From positions 46,319 to 110,318 of the forward strand of contig CAZBTH010000001.1 of the NCBI GenBank assembly GCA_964494885.1: a DNA stretch of 64,000 nt, given 5' to 3'. The notes below the pieces were generated by a model, which saw only the letters and a list, made by a program, of their open reading frames with translations, did no database searches and was not told where the DNA came from. The DNA is from an uncultured Gammaproteobacteria bacterium. Its GTDB lineage: Bacteria > Patescibacteriota > Microgenomatia > UBA8517. This document shows, one piece after another, positions 25,423-35,371 of the stretch (position 1 is the first letter of the stretch; every line of letters starts with the position of its first letter). The translations under genes and the position numbers were made by a program.

Positions 25423-26142
25423 ATGATAAGAAATTATTCCAGACTGGCATCGGTCGAAGAAAGAAAAAACCTAAGAAGGGCAATTACTTATATTGTTCTT
25501 GCGATCTCTGGTCTTATTCTTCTCTTTTTTCTGGGAATTCCGATCCTTGGAAAATTTACCGCATTTGTCTCCGATCTTGGAAAAAGCAACAAACCGATTA
25601 CAAATAACGACAATACTCCACCCGCCCCACCTAGGTTTAATACTTTTTCCGATTTCACCAATCAAAACCAAGTAAGCCTTACCGGCACCACCGAACCCGG
25701 GTCCACTATTAAATTGTCACTTAATGGAAACGGAATGGATACTTTAGCCGACAAAGACGGCGCTTTTACTTTCAGTGATCTAAGTCTTAAAGATGGTGAC
25801 AATATATTTTTAGCTACTGCTGTCGATACCGCCGGAAATATCAGCCAACAAACTCAAGAATATAAAATAGTTTTTGATAACAAACCCCCCGACCTAATAA
25901 TAGAAAGTCCTAGTGATGGATCAACTTTTTTTGGCTCAAAACAAAGGCAGGTTACAATACAGGGAACGTCGGAAAGCGAGATTCAAGTAACAATTAATGA
26001 CAGAATCATTGTGGTTGATAATAACGGCAAATACCAATATACACTCACGCTCAACGAAGGAGAAAACAAGTTTGTTGTCAAAGCAACAGATCGAGCTGGA
26101 AATTCGACCGAAAAAAATATTACACTAAATTTTTCTTCTTAA
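25423..26142 (+). CDS. Membrane-anchored protein with bacterial Ig-like domains
   Basis: TM helix; D.TPP, G.TEPGS, L..G.N..ATD.AGN repeats. Confidence 0.85.
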   Translation: MIRNYSRLASVEERKNLRRAITYIVLAISGLILLFFLGIPILGKFTAFVSDLGKSNKPITNNDNTPPAPPRFNTFSDFTNQNQVSLTGTTEPGSTIKLSLNGNGMDTLADKDGAFTFSDLSLKDGDNIFLATAVDTAGNISQQTQEYKIVFDNKPPDLIIESPSDGSTFFGSKQRQVTIQGTSESEIQVTINDRIIVVDNNGKYQYTLTLNEGENKFVVKATDRAGNSTEKNITLNFSS

Positions 26143-27295
26143 TGCAAAGTGCAAGCAAAATCACCATCCACCCCATTATCCAGGGATAAAAAAACGAATT
26201 GGAAAAAAGACTGTGAACAACGAGAGCAACAAAAGAAGCAAAAAGTAGTATGTAGTATGTAGTATGTAGAATCGCATTTCTAATTTGCAAAAATAGATAG
26301 ATTGAAACTATTAACCCCACCACTCCGGTTGTTGTCAAGACAAACAGAAGACTTGAGTCGGATCCTGAACAAGCGTGAGAAGTAAACATCTGAGGTCCAA
26401 TATATTTTTGGTAAGCAAAGCACATATTGTTATATCCAATCCCAAAAACCGGAGACTTTGCAAATATCGCCAACGTAGCTTGATAGTTTTCAATTTTTGC
26501 GATAGCAGAAAAACTCCTAAAAAGTCGAATACTGTTATTTTTGGTTGTGGGAAGGAAAAATACGACGACCGAGAGTCCGGCAATTAAAAGTAATAACTTT
26601 TTTAACTTTCTGTTCAAATAGATTATTACCAATACACCGACTGTAAATGCTATATAACTGGCTCGGGAATAAGTGAAAGCTAAAGATATCAATAAAAATA
26701 AAGCTAAGATGTAGTACCATCTTTTTTTATTTACGATGCATCGATGTATCGTAATCAATAGACCAAAAACTAATATTAAACCGAGGAAAGTCGGATCCAA
26801 AAAAGTACCAACCAAACGGAACAAATGCATATCCCAACCCCATGTAAAAAACGGTTTTATATCAGGAAATTTAAAAAACTGAATCCAACCAAATACGGCA
26901 GACATAACTGAAATAGATAAAAGCGAGTCTAAAAGCAATTTTCCATTCTTCAAATTACTTGTTGAAAAGTGACACACATATATAAAAAAATAAGAATACG
27001 CAAACAGACGGATTAGATACATCAGTCCGTAGAGTACTTCAACTTGTTTAAATATCAGTGACCCAAAAATCCAGGAAAATGTTGCTGCGGCTAGTAACCC
27101 CTCAATATATTTAAAAAAATCCGGTTTTTTGAATCTTTTGAGAATTGCATAGAAAGCTGTCAACCCCACGATTACATCCATTGGATGTAGTATCCCAATT
27201 CTAATTATTTGTCCAAAAGGAAATAATACAAAGAAAAGAAAGATGAAAATGTTATTAAAATTTAAGCGTTTTGTATAATCCATTGTTTGCTCCAC
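26120..27295 (-). CDS. O-antigen ligase/polymerase family membrane protein
   Basis: Multi-TM; RLVGTFLDP, FTYSRAS, PVFGIG, HSLFSN. Confidence 0.85.
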   Translation of the reverse strand: MEQTMDYTKRLNFNNIFIFLFFVLFPFGQIIRIGILHPMDVIVGLTAFYAILKRFKKPDFFKYIEGLLAAATFSWIFGSLIFKQVEVLYGLMYLIRLFAYSYFFIYVCHFSTSNLKNGKLLLDSLLSISVMSAVFGWIQFFKFPDIKPFFTWGWDMHLFRLVGTFLDPTFLGLILVFGLLITIHRCIVNKKRWYYILALFLLISLAFTYSRASYIAFTVGVLVIIYLNRKLKKLLLLIAGLSVVVFFLPTTKNNSIRLFRSFSAIAKIENYQATLAIFAKSPVFGIGYNNMCFAYQKYIGPQMFTSHACSGSDSSLLFVLTTTGVVGLIVSIYLFLQIRNAILHTTYYILLFASFVALVVHSLFSNSFFYPWIMGWMVILLALCIKKKNLV

Positions 27296-27837
27296 GATAA
27301 ATAGGAATGCAGAGATTGCATTATACTAAAAACTACGTTTCTGGATTTAATTAATGTAATGAAAAATTTTCCGATGGGATAAAAAATAATTTTAAACAAA
27401 TTAGATTTCTTTCCCTCTTTGATATTTTCTAATGCATGCAATTCCGAATAATAATTAACTTTTTTTAAATAGTCCTGTAAATTTTGGGAAGTGTTGTGAA
27501 CAATATAGGCATTTTTAATTTCACCAATTCTGCCGTTGACATGCCAGGTTTCATGAACACCCCTTTCCCAGGTACCTGCATTGTTTTTACCAAGACGTAA
27601 TATCTTATCTGTGCCGACATACTGCCTCAGAAAATAGTTTTTCCTGTTCAAGTAAAACCCGTTATATCCGCTTGTATTCAGTCTCTTAATTTCGCTTTTT
27701 AGGTCTTTTGAGATCACCTCATCAGAATCCAAAAACAATATCCATTCTGATTTTGTCGATTTAAGAAGATCGTTCCGTGATGTGGCGAAATCTGTAATAT
27801 TTTTTTTATTTAAAGTAATAACTGTGAAGTTTTTCAT
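27262..27837 (-). CDS. Glycosyltransferase family 2, short
   Basis: DFA..RN, WILFLDSDE, VHE. Confidence 0.85.
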   Translation of the reverse strand: MKNFTVITLNKKNITDFATSRNDLLKSTKSEWILFLDSDEVISKDLKSEIKRLNTSGYNGFYLNRKNYFLRQYVGTDKILRLGKNNAGTWERGVHETWHVNGRIGEIKNAYIVHNTSQNLQDYLKKVNYYSELHALENIKEGKKSNLFKIIFYPIGKFFITLIKSRNVVFSIMQSLHSYLSWSKQWIIQNA

Positions 27838-30098
27838 TCAATTGATTTATATATCCAAACCCCCCCGTCTGCCCAAATTTTACTTCCGGCTGGAATCTTT
27901 CCGGAATTTCTTTCTTCAACTATTGTATACCGTATTCCTGCATCGTTCTTAATTTTTGCCCCTCTAATAGTTAATAAATAAATATAATTATTCGCGAATT
28001 CATTCTCAAACTTATCATTGACTCCAATCCTTGAAATCGAAAAAACAGATCCTTCCGAATCTTTAATAATTTTACCAACTACAGAAAGTTGAACCGAATA
28101 AGGGGGTGCTGTTTGGATATATTCTGAACGTGGCATATCTTGATAGAACCAATTTCTGTTTATCAAACTCCACAAACACAAACCTCCGATTAATATGGTT
28201 AGTGTAGTTACAATAAATTTATCCTTAAACGTTTTGATAATCAGGAAAGCTAAAAGAATTAGAGGTATCGGGAATATTGCTAAAAAGTAATGTTCCGGGG
28301 GGTCGCCATGAATAAACAAACCTAAATATACAACAACTAAATTGATAAAAAGTAAAACAAACGACATTTCCTTGTTTCTGTCACGAAGTGCTTTAGAAAC
28401 CCAAACGAGTAATCCAACAAACATCAAGGCAAATAATCCGATTGAAACTATATATGAATCTGGAACAAACGAGTCTTTAAAAAACTGATAAATTGAGTAA
28501 ACATTCTGAGATATAACTTTCGAATCAACATTGTTTTTTGGATATAAACCAAAAAAGCCAATCACTCTGTATGGAATCCACGCTAAAAGTTGAAGCGTAA
28601 TAGTAAACCTGTTTGTCATTTCGTAGATAATAAAAGTAATATTCGGAATCAAAAAACCCAAAAAGAAATGAAATACATATTTTAACTTAGGTCTTATTTT
28701 GTAATAAATAAAAGACACAACGATTGCCGGTATCAAAAGAAGCGGGCTTGGGAAAAAACTCATGGAGAGCCCTAAAATAAGTCCTAAAACCCCCAGACTT
28801 TTACCTTTATTATTAATTGACTTTAGTAAATACCAAAGATATGGAAAAAATATTATACCCGCAGGAGCGTTATAGCGTGAGTCTCGGGTTAGTGTGATCC
28901 ATGCGGGGGAGACGGCCAGCAAAAATGACGATATTAACGCGATTTTTTCATCAAAAAGTTTTCTAAGATAATAATAACTAACTAAAATTGAAAACGACCC
29001 CACTATGGCCCAAAAAATATTTATTACAATTGGATTGAATTTTGCAAAAAACAAAAGTACCGAATAGATCCAATAAGAAACCGGTGGAATAAAAAACCAT
29101 TCGTGGGAAGTTCTGGGGCCAATTAAGAAAGTCCTTGTTCCATGAACAATATTCCAAACATTCATATAGTCTGTCCCCATCTCGCCATTTAAAACAAGGT
29201 TGGGTATCAATCTGTAGAATCTTAAAAAAGTTCCTAGGACCAATATTCCTAAAACTAGGAGTGTGCTTTTTGAAAATCTGGCAAATGCCTCTACTATTAA
29301 GGCTGGCAGAATGCCATAGTGTTTTTTAAAATAATAATGTCTGCTTCGTGCAAAGGCATTTTTTATTTCATCTGAATTTTTTAATGTACCTTTTGATTCC
29401 AAATGAGTCACTTCAGATTTTGAATCAAAATAAATTTTATATCCGTTTTTCTCTAAACGTTTTGAAACATCATTTTCCTCAAAATATAAAAATAGATTCT
29501 CATCAAATTTTCCTATTACGTCACAAGCCTCTTTCTTGATTATAAAAGCCGCAAGTTGGCCTACTTCGACTTTTCGGGAAGTTTGCCTATTCCAACCATT
29601 CATCAAGTAATCTTTAACGACAAAACTACGTGGAAAAATTTTGTTTACAAAAGACAGGAAGTAGATTCCTCTAATTGGGGTCAATTCTTTAGTTGCTTCG
29701 GGTGTAAATCGCCCCGAAATATTTTTAATACGCGGTACCACCATTCCGATTTTGGGGTCTTTTTTCAGGACGTTATAAATATTTTTAAAAGACTTAAGGT
29801 CAATTAGAATATCTGAGTCGAGAGAGAAAATATACTTTCCAGCCGCATATCTGATCCCAAAATTTCGCCCTCCTCCCCAACCTAGATTTTTCTGAGATGG
29901 CATGTATTTTACCCAAGGATATTTTTTCCTAAAAATGGTTTTCTCGAGCTTTTCTTCATTGTTGTCTACTAAAATAAACTCCGCAGATTTAAATTTTGAT
30001 TTGATTATTTTAAGTTTACTAAGACACCTAAACACCTCACCCCCATGGCCATAATGGACAACGACCACAGATACTTCAATAGTTTTTTTTAGCTTCAT
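27834..30098 (-). CDS. GT2 domain fused to an ArnT/PMT-like (GT-C) membrane glycosyltransferase
   Basis: N-terminal VSVVVVHY..NLGWGGGRN..FDENLFLYFEE; C-terminal multi-TM LRFYRL..IGP. Confidence 0.85.
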   Translation of the reverse strand: MKLKKTIEVSVVVVHYGHGGEVFRCLSKLKIIKSKFKSAEFILVDNNEEKLEKTIFRKKYPWVKYMPSQKNLGWGGGRNFGIRYAAGKYIFSLDSDILIDLKSFKNIYNVLKKDPKIGMVVPRIKNISGRFTPEATKELTPIRGIYFLSFVNKIFPRSFVVKDYLMNGWNRQTSRKVEVGQLAAFIIKKEACDVIGKFDENLFLYFEENDVSKRLEKNGYKIYFDSKSEVTHLESKGTLKNSDEIKNAFARSRHYYFKKHYGILPALIVEAFARFSKSTLLVLGILVLGTFLRFYRLIPNLVLNGEMGTDYMNVWNIVHGTRTFLIGPRTSHEWFFIPPVSYWIYSVLLFFAKFNPIVINIFWAIVGSFSILVSYYYLRKLFDEKIALISSFLLAVSPAWITLTRDSRYNAPAGIIFFPYLWYLLKSINNKGKSLGVLGLILGLSMSFFPSPLLLIPAIVVSFIYYKIRPKLKYVFHFFLGFLIPNITFIIYEMTNRFTITLQLLAWIPYRVIGFFGLYPKNNVDSKVISQNVYSIYQFFKDSFVPDSYIVSIGLFALMFVGLLVWVSKALRDRNKEMSFVLLFINLVVVYLGLFIHGDPPEHYFLAIFPIPLILLAFLIIKTFKDKFIVTTLTILIGGLCLWSLINRNWFYQDMPRSEYIQTAPPYSVQLSVVGKIIKDSEGSVFSISRIGVNDKFENEFANNYIYLLTIRGAKIKNDAGIRYTIVEERNSGKIPAGSKIWADGGVWIYKSIE

Positions 30099-30099
30099 G

Positions 30100-31353
30100 T
30101 TATATCGTAGAGATTTTAGGAAATGAGACTATGAATTTACCTCCATTTTTGATAAAAACGCGCTCCTTTTTAATTATTTCTTTTTTATAATTCCATGCAA
30201 GAAGTAATACAAACTTTACCGAATCCTTCCTAAATACTTCTGGTGAAACAATCGGAATATGTGTTCCCGGGGTAAACCTACCTTGTCTTTCGACAGATTC
30301 GTCAACTATATAATCCAAAATGTCTTTACCAATTCCGCATGAACACAAAAATGTGTTTGCGCGCCCCCCAGCACCGTATCCGACAATTCTTGAACCACCT
30401 TTCTTAATACCCAGCAGCAACTTCTTTATGTCTACTTTGTGTTTTTCAATTTTTAGATCAAAGTTTTTTAAGATCTTTTCGTCGACCCGTCCCAAACCCT
30501 GTTCAAACTTTATCAACCTTAAAACACCATCTCTTGTCTTTAATTTGTTATTACTCTTAAATTTTACGTAAACACGAATAGAACCAGAGTGTATCGACAT
30601 TTTTTTAACATCAAATATTTCCAGGTTAAACTTGTTCAAGAACGGACTTAATGTCGACAAACTGTAATAACTCAGATGCTCCCCATAAAAAAAGTCATAT
30701 TGCATCATTTTCAAAAGATCGGGGAAATAGTGGACTTCAAAAATCAATATACCATCATTCTTAAGAAGTTTACTTACACCCTTAAAAACATTGTCCATGT
30801 TATCAATGTGGGCCAAAACATTATTTGCCAAAATTAAGTCTGCTTTTCCGTATTTATTTATGATTGTATCGGCCACCTTAACACCAAAATAATCAATAAT
30901 AATGTCAAGTGCCTTTTTCTTGGCAATTCTTCCAACATTAACGGCTGGATCCACCCCGAGAACTTTAAAACCCATTTTTAAAAGTGGAAGGAGCAAAACT
31001 CCGTCATTGCTACCAATTTCTACAATAAAAGAATTTTTAACTGAAAATTTCTTTTTTATTTCCTCAGCATATTCCTGAAAATGTTTAGTTAAACTCACCG
31101 AGGATAAATAATGGTAATTTCTGAATAAGGTCGCGGAAGAGATAATATCCAAGTTCTGGATTAGGCCGCAACCTCTACAAAAGAAAATTCTAAGGGGATA
31201 ATAACGCTCTTTCCCTACCTCCTCGGGTTTAAGATAATTGCCGGCATGAGGTATGTAACCAAAATCTAAAAATTTGACTAATTTGCGGCTTTTGCAAAAT
31301 CTACAGATACATCTCTTTTTGAATTTACCCAATTTTGCCTTTTTCTTAATCAT
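30100..31353 (-). CDS. NDP-sugar C-methyltransferase-like SAM-dependent enzyme
   Basis: CRFC zinc motif, EIGSNDG, NNVLAH, EHLSYYS, GYGA, PGTHIPI, LLAWN. Confidence 0.9.
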   Translation of the reverse strand: MIKKKAKLGKFKKRCICRFCKSRKLVKFLDFGYIPHAGNYLKPEEVGKERYYPLRIFFCRGCGLIQNLDIISSATLFRNYHYLSSVSLTKHFQEYAEEIKKKFSVKNSFIVEIGSNDGVLLLPLLKMGFKVLGVDPAVNVGRIAKKKALDIIIDYFGVKVADTIINKYGKADLILANNVLAHIDNMDNVFKGVSKLLKNDGILIFEVHYFPDLLKMMQYDFFYGEHLSYYSLSTLSPFLNKFNLEIFDVKKMSIHSGSIRVYVKFKSNNKLKTRDGVLRLIKFEQGLGRVDEKILKNFDLKIEKHKVDIKKLLLGIKKGGSRIVGYGAGGRANTFLCSCGIGKDILDYIVDESVERQGRFTPGTHIPIVSPEVFRKDSVKFVLLLAWNYKKEIIKKERVFIKNGGKFIVSFPKISTI

Positions 31354-31403
31354 TCGTGTGTAGTTTAACAAATTTTGTGCTAACATTCTCTCAAATTACC
31401 ATT

Positions 31404-32159
31404 ATGGAAGATTTTCTGGTTCTTGGGGGCGAATCCACTTTAGCCAAATATTTTATTCAAACTTACAGAGAAAGGTGTGTGGCTTTAAGCAAAAAGCAAT
31501 GCGACATAACAAATATCAAGGTACTAGAGAAAGTCATCAAGAGTTCTGGCGCTCGGTATATAGTCAACTGTGCCGCAATTACTGATATTGAATATGCTGA
31601 AAAAAATCCTGAAAAATGTTTCGATGTTAACTCAATTGCTGTAGGAAATTTGGACAACTTTTCCCAAAAATTCAATAAAAAATTAATTCATCTTTCTTCG
31701 GACTACGCAGTTAATCCAATAAATGTTTACGGTTATTCCAAAATGATGAGTGAGATGCTTATCAATAAGTCTAAAAACCTGATAATCAGAACAAGTTTTT
31801 ATAGTGATAGATACTACATAATAAAATCTCTTGTTTCGGGCAACGTCACCAATGCTTACAAAAACGCTTTCTTTAATCCCGTGTCCATAAACAGGCTGGT
31901 CTGGGAAATCTGCAAAAACAAAGACAAACGTGGAATTCTGAATATTTTTACTGAGAAAAAAATATCCAAATACAGTTTTGCAATAAATGCGGCTAAAATT
32001 TTTAATATCGATCGAAAGTTAATTCAACCGGTTAATTTAGTTAACACAGATGGAAGGGTAAATCTGCCATTAAATTCGTTCGTTGCTCCAGACGTCAAAA
32101 TTCAGCTGGACGGTGATCTCCTTTCTTTTAAAAAACATTTTGGACCAATCAGATCTTAA
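31404..32159 (+). CDS. dTDP-4-dehydrorhamnose reductase-like SDR
   Basis: CDIT, VNCAAITD, HLSSDY, NVYGYSK. Confidence 0.85.
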   Translation: MEDFLVLGGESTLAKYFIQTYRERCVALSKKQCDITNIKVLEKVIKSSGARYIVNCAAITDIEYAEKNPEKCFDVNSIAVGNLDNFSQKFNKKLIHLSSDYAVNPINVYGYSKMMSEMLINKSKNLIIRTSFYSDRYYIIKSLVSGNVTNAYKNAFFNPVSINRLVWEICKNKDKRGILNIFTEKKISKYSFAINAAKIFNIDRKLIQPVNLVNTDGRVNLPLNSFVAPDVKIQLDGDLLSFKKHFGPIRS

Positions 32160-33369
32160 GAGTTTTGAATATAAAGTACACAGTAAAGGGGAGGGAAATT
32201 AGAGTTCCTATGATGGCTGATGCGCCAGCGCCTATTATTCCATAGGTTTGTGTGAGGGGGATAATTGCAATCCAAAGACCTAAGGTACTAACCATTGTTA
32301 TAACTGCAGAATATTTTTGCTTCTCTTTTGCTACCAATAAAGAATTTGTAGAACTGGCGACCCCACGAACCACCCCAAGAATCACCAAAAGTTTTACAAC
32401 AGGGATAGCACTCTCCCAACCTTTTCCAAATAGAATATTAACTATCGGTGCGGCAAAAACAAAAACAATTATTCCTGCGGTCGTCATTAATATAAAATTT
32501 GCTAAAGTATTTTTAATAAAAGCGGATTTGAGTCGCACAGCATCACCCGAAATCTTGGAAAAAATTGGGAAAGTTACTCTGTAAAAAATATCACCAACTT
32601 CAGTCAATGGAGCAGTGGAAATTTTATATGCATTCTGATAAATTCCTAAAGGTGCTACTCCTAAAATTTTACCGACGACGACATTGTCACTTTGAGTATA
32701 AAGATAATCGAAAATCCCAAACAATGTCACCCATTTGCCTCTTTCAATTACTCGTCGTGTCTTGGTTTTATTAAAAGCAAACTTCGGCCAAGGTTTGGCA
32801 ACGGCAAAAGTAAAAACTACTTCATACACAGCACTGGCTACAAGCCCCCACACCATCCCCAATGCAGATTTTGTGAGAATAACCCCCAACACCGAAACCA
32901 AACATTCAACCAAAAAAACTGAAACTCTGTATAAAAACTCTTTGTTAAACTGCAACTCCTTTTGGAACTTAACTATCGATGGATTGATAAGGCCGCGGAT
33001 TAACGGCACTAAAGATACTATATATAAGAGATTTTTTGATTCGGGTGAATTGAAAAATGCTGAGGTGGGGGAAGCCGCGATAAAAATAAGTACTGAGATT
33101 AAAATACCACGAACAATAGAAACCACCCAAGCAGTATCTATATAGTTGTCAATATCTTCCTTTTCCTGAATCAGAAAAATATTGATTCCGGTTTCTGTGA
33201 TAATCTCCAAAAATCCCAAAACTATCGTAACTATTCCAAAAACCCCCAAACTGAATGGAGTAAGAATGTGGGCAATAATTGCAATCCGAATAACACCAAT
33301 AATGCGATACAGGATCCTAAACGCCGCCATCCAACTTACACCCTTTAATGTGTCTTTAAAATAGCCCAT
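32149..33369 (-). CDS. Polysaccharide flippase, Wzx/WzxC-like
   Basis: Multi-TM; DNVVVGKILG..LGIYQNAY. Confidence 0.88.
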   Translation of the reverse strand: MGYFKDTLKGVSWMAAFRILYRIIGVIRIAIIAHILTPFSLGVFGIVTIVLGFLEIITETGINIFLIQEKEDIDNYIDTAWVVSIVRGILISVLIFIAASPTSAFFNSPESKNLLYIVSLVPLIRGLINPSIVKFQKELQFNKEFLYRVSVFLVECLVSVLGVILTKSALGMVWGLVASAVYEVVFTFAVAKPWPKFAFNKTKTRRVIERGKWVTLFGIFDYLYTQSDNVVVGKILGVAPLGIYQNAYKISTAPLTEVGDIFYRVTFPIFSKISGDAVRLKSAFIKNTLANFILMTTAGIIVFVFAAPIVNILFGKGWESAIPVVKLLVILGVVRGVASSTNSLLVAKEKQKYSAVITMVSTLGLWIAIIPLTQTYGIIGAGASAIIGTLISLPFTVYFIFKTLKI

Positions 33370-34313
33370 TACCTATTAAGTATACCTGATACAAAACCAC
33401 CCATGACACTTAGATCGGAAACGATTTGAAGAATAGGCCCCCAGATAGCCACACGGTAGTCTCGAAATTCAAGATAGATTTTCCGAAACGCGTAGATTAA
33501 ATAAAAGAAAAAGAAAAAAAGCAAATAGGCAAGTAGGAAGGGGAACTTAAAACTAAGAACTAATAACGAAAAACCTAACACATATCTTAAGAGAACAAAA
33601 AGCACTTTAATATTGTGCGACGCAAAGCTTTTTCCAGGAAATATCCAAATTTTTGATTTTGCGTCCCCTTTTGCGTATTCATAAATCTTAGATCTGAAAT
33701 CCTTGATCGACCCGGGCATCCCCCACTCCACAACAGCATTTTTCATGCGTGAAATCTTGGCTCCATTTTTAATTAATTTATAATTAAAAACAGTATCCTC
33801 CGCCGCGCCAATCACCCCTTCGGGAAACCCGCCAATCTTTTCCCAAATTTGTTTTGTAAAAGCAATTGAGCGTGTTGAAGGTAAAAAACTGATATCAAAA
33901 TCTTTCGGCCTTGTTCCTAAAAAAACCGACTCCGCCTTTTGAAAAGTATTGTTTGATATCATTTTGTAAAATCCCGCAACGACATCTATTCCAGCATTTT
34001 CAAAAGGAGAAACAATATTCTTAACCCAATCCGGCGAGGCTACACAACCAGCATCGGTCATAAGAATAATTTCACCTTTGGCAATTTCCACGCCAAGGTT
34101 ACGGCCTCTGGCTCTTGAGCATTTTTCGACAAGAAGTTTAATACGGTCGTTCTTTTTTTGATAATGCCTAATTATTTCAACTGTTTTATCGTCGGAACCT
34201 CCGTCAACAACAATAATCTGGTCAGGTTTTTTTGTTTGCGCCAATAGTGAGTCTAAGAGTCGCCCTACCGAATCTTCTTCATTTAATGTTGTAATACAGA
34301 TCGAGATATTCAT
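33369..34313 (-). CDS. Glycosyltransferase family 2
   Basis: IIVVDGGSDD, GRNLG, TDAG, IGGFPE..AED. Confidence 0.92.
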   Translation of the reverse strand: MNISICITTLNEEDSVGRLLDSLLAQTKKPDQIIVVDGGSDDKTVEIIRHYQKKNDRIKLLVEKCSRARGRNLGVEIAKGEIILMTDAGCVASPDWVKNIVSPFENAGIDVVAGFYKMISNNTFQKAESVFLGTRPKDFDISFLPSTRSIAFTKQIWEKIGGFPEGVIGAAEDTVFNYKLIKNGAKISRMKNAVVEWGMPGSIKDFRSKIYEYAKGDAKSKIWIFPGKSFASHNIKVLFVLLRYVLGFSLLVLSFKFPFLLAYLLFFFFFYLIYAFRKIYLEFRDYRVAIWGPILQIVSDLSVMGGFVSGILNR

Positions 34314-35196
34314 TTGCTAATTTTTCCCAAGTCTGAGATTTTCCCCACTGCTTGACGTCGCTATCGACAAAAGGAGACATCTTCCAGTAGTCTTCCTTTA
34401 TTTTACTATTTCCGAATAGCTTTAACTCACAACCATACGATAGTGCTTCCAGGGCCGCCAGATATCCTCCGGGCACACAATGGTTTGCCTTTTTCAAAAA
34501 CGGAACCGGATCAGTAAACCCGTGCACTTTCCCAAATTTTTCGCACTCGTTTCTAAGTCGACCATCCCCACAAAAATCAACTGTATATTTCTGGTTTTTA
34601 CCTAACCATTTCAGAAATTTCGCCAGTCCTGTATTCTCTTCCAATCTTCCCACATATACAATTTTATTTTTGTCTTTTGCTACACTGTTACGTATCACTG
34701 TAGCAGCACCATAAATTATTTTATTAAATTTAATTTTTAAGTATTTTTCTAAAAATTTTCCAATACCAACTGCTCCTGTTGAAAGTTTGACGGCAAGTTT
34801 TTTTTGCCAAATACTAAATTTTGATAATGGATTGTCCCATTCAAGTCCGTGAATAGTCGTAAATACGGGCTTTTTTGGATACATTAATCTAAACGGCAAA
34901 TACCAAATAAAAACGTCGTGGATATGGACTACATCTGCGTCTTGAATTAGTTTTCGATTTTTAAATATTTTCAACCAGATAGATAAGAGCCCCAATAATT
35001 TAATGTGTGGATACGAAAATCTTATTACTTTAGTTTTACCCGTTGCCTCCTTGCTCCTTAATTTTGAATCGAATTTTTCCGTAAGGATGGTTACACTTTT
35101 CCCTTTTCGCTCCAAACTCTTAGCTACTTCGAAAACATGCTTTTCTACTCCACCAACGTGTGGAAAATAAAGCCGAGTGATAAAAAGAATATTCAT
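34279..35196 (-). CDS. Glycosyltransferase family 4
   Basis: FPHVGGVEKHV, TIHG, YVGRLE, LEALSYG. Confidence 0.88.
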   Translation of the reverse strand: MNILFITRLYFPHVGGVEKHVFEVAKSLERKGKSVTILTEKFDSKLRSKEATGKTKVIRFSYPHIKLLGLLSIWLKIFKNRKLIQDADVVHIHDVFIWYLPFRLMYPKKPVFTTIHGLEWDNPLSKFSIWQKKLAVKLSTGAVGIGKFLEKYLKIKFNKIIYGAATVIRNSVAKDKNKIVYVGRLEENTGLAKFLKWLGKNQKYTVDFCGDGRLRNECEKFGKVHGFTDPVPFLKKANHCVPGGYLAALEALSYGCELKLFGNSKIKEDYWKMSPFVDSDVKQWGKSQTWEKLANEYLDLYYNIK

Positions 35197-35371
35197 AGCT
35201 CGAATTTTATCAATTTATTCAAACTCTGTGAATACATCACATCTTTGGAAGAACATCTCGTTTAATACAATGCGGAAGAAGTTTATCTCTTGACAGACAA
35301 ATTATTAGGATAATAATTTAATATATGAAGAGATTGGAATATTTATTTATATCTCTGTGCTGTCTTATCAG

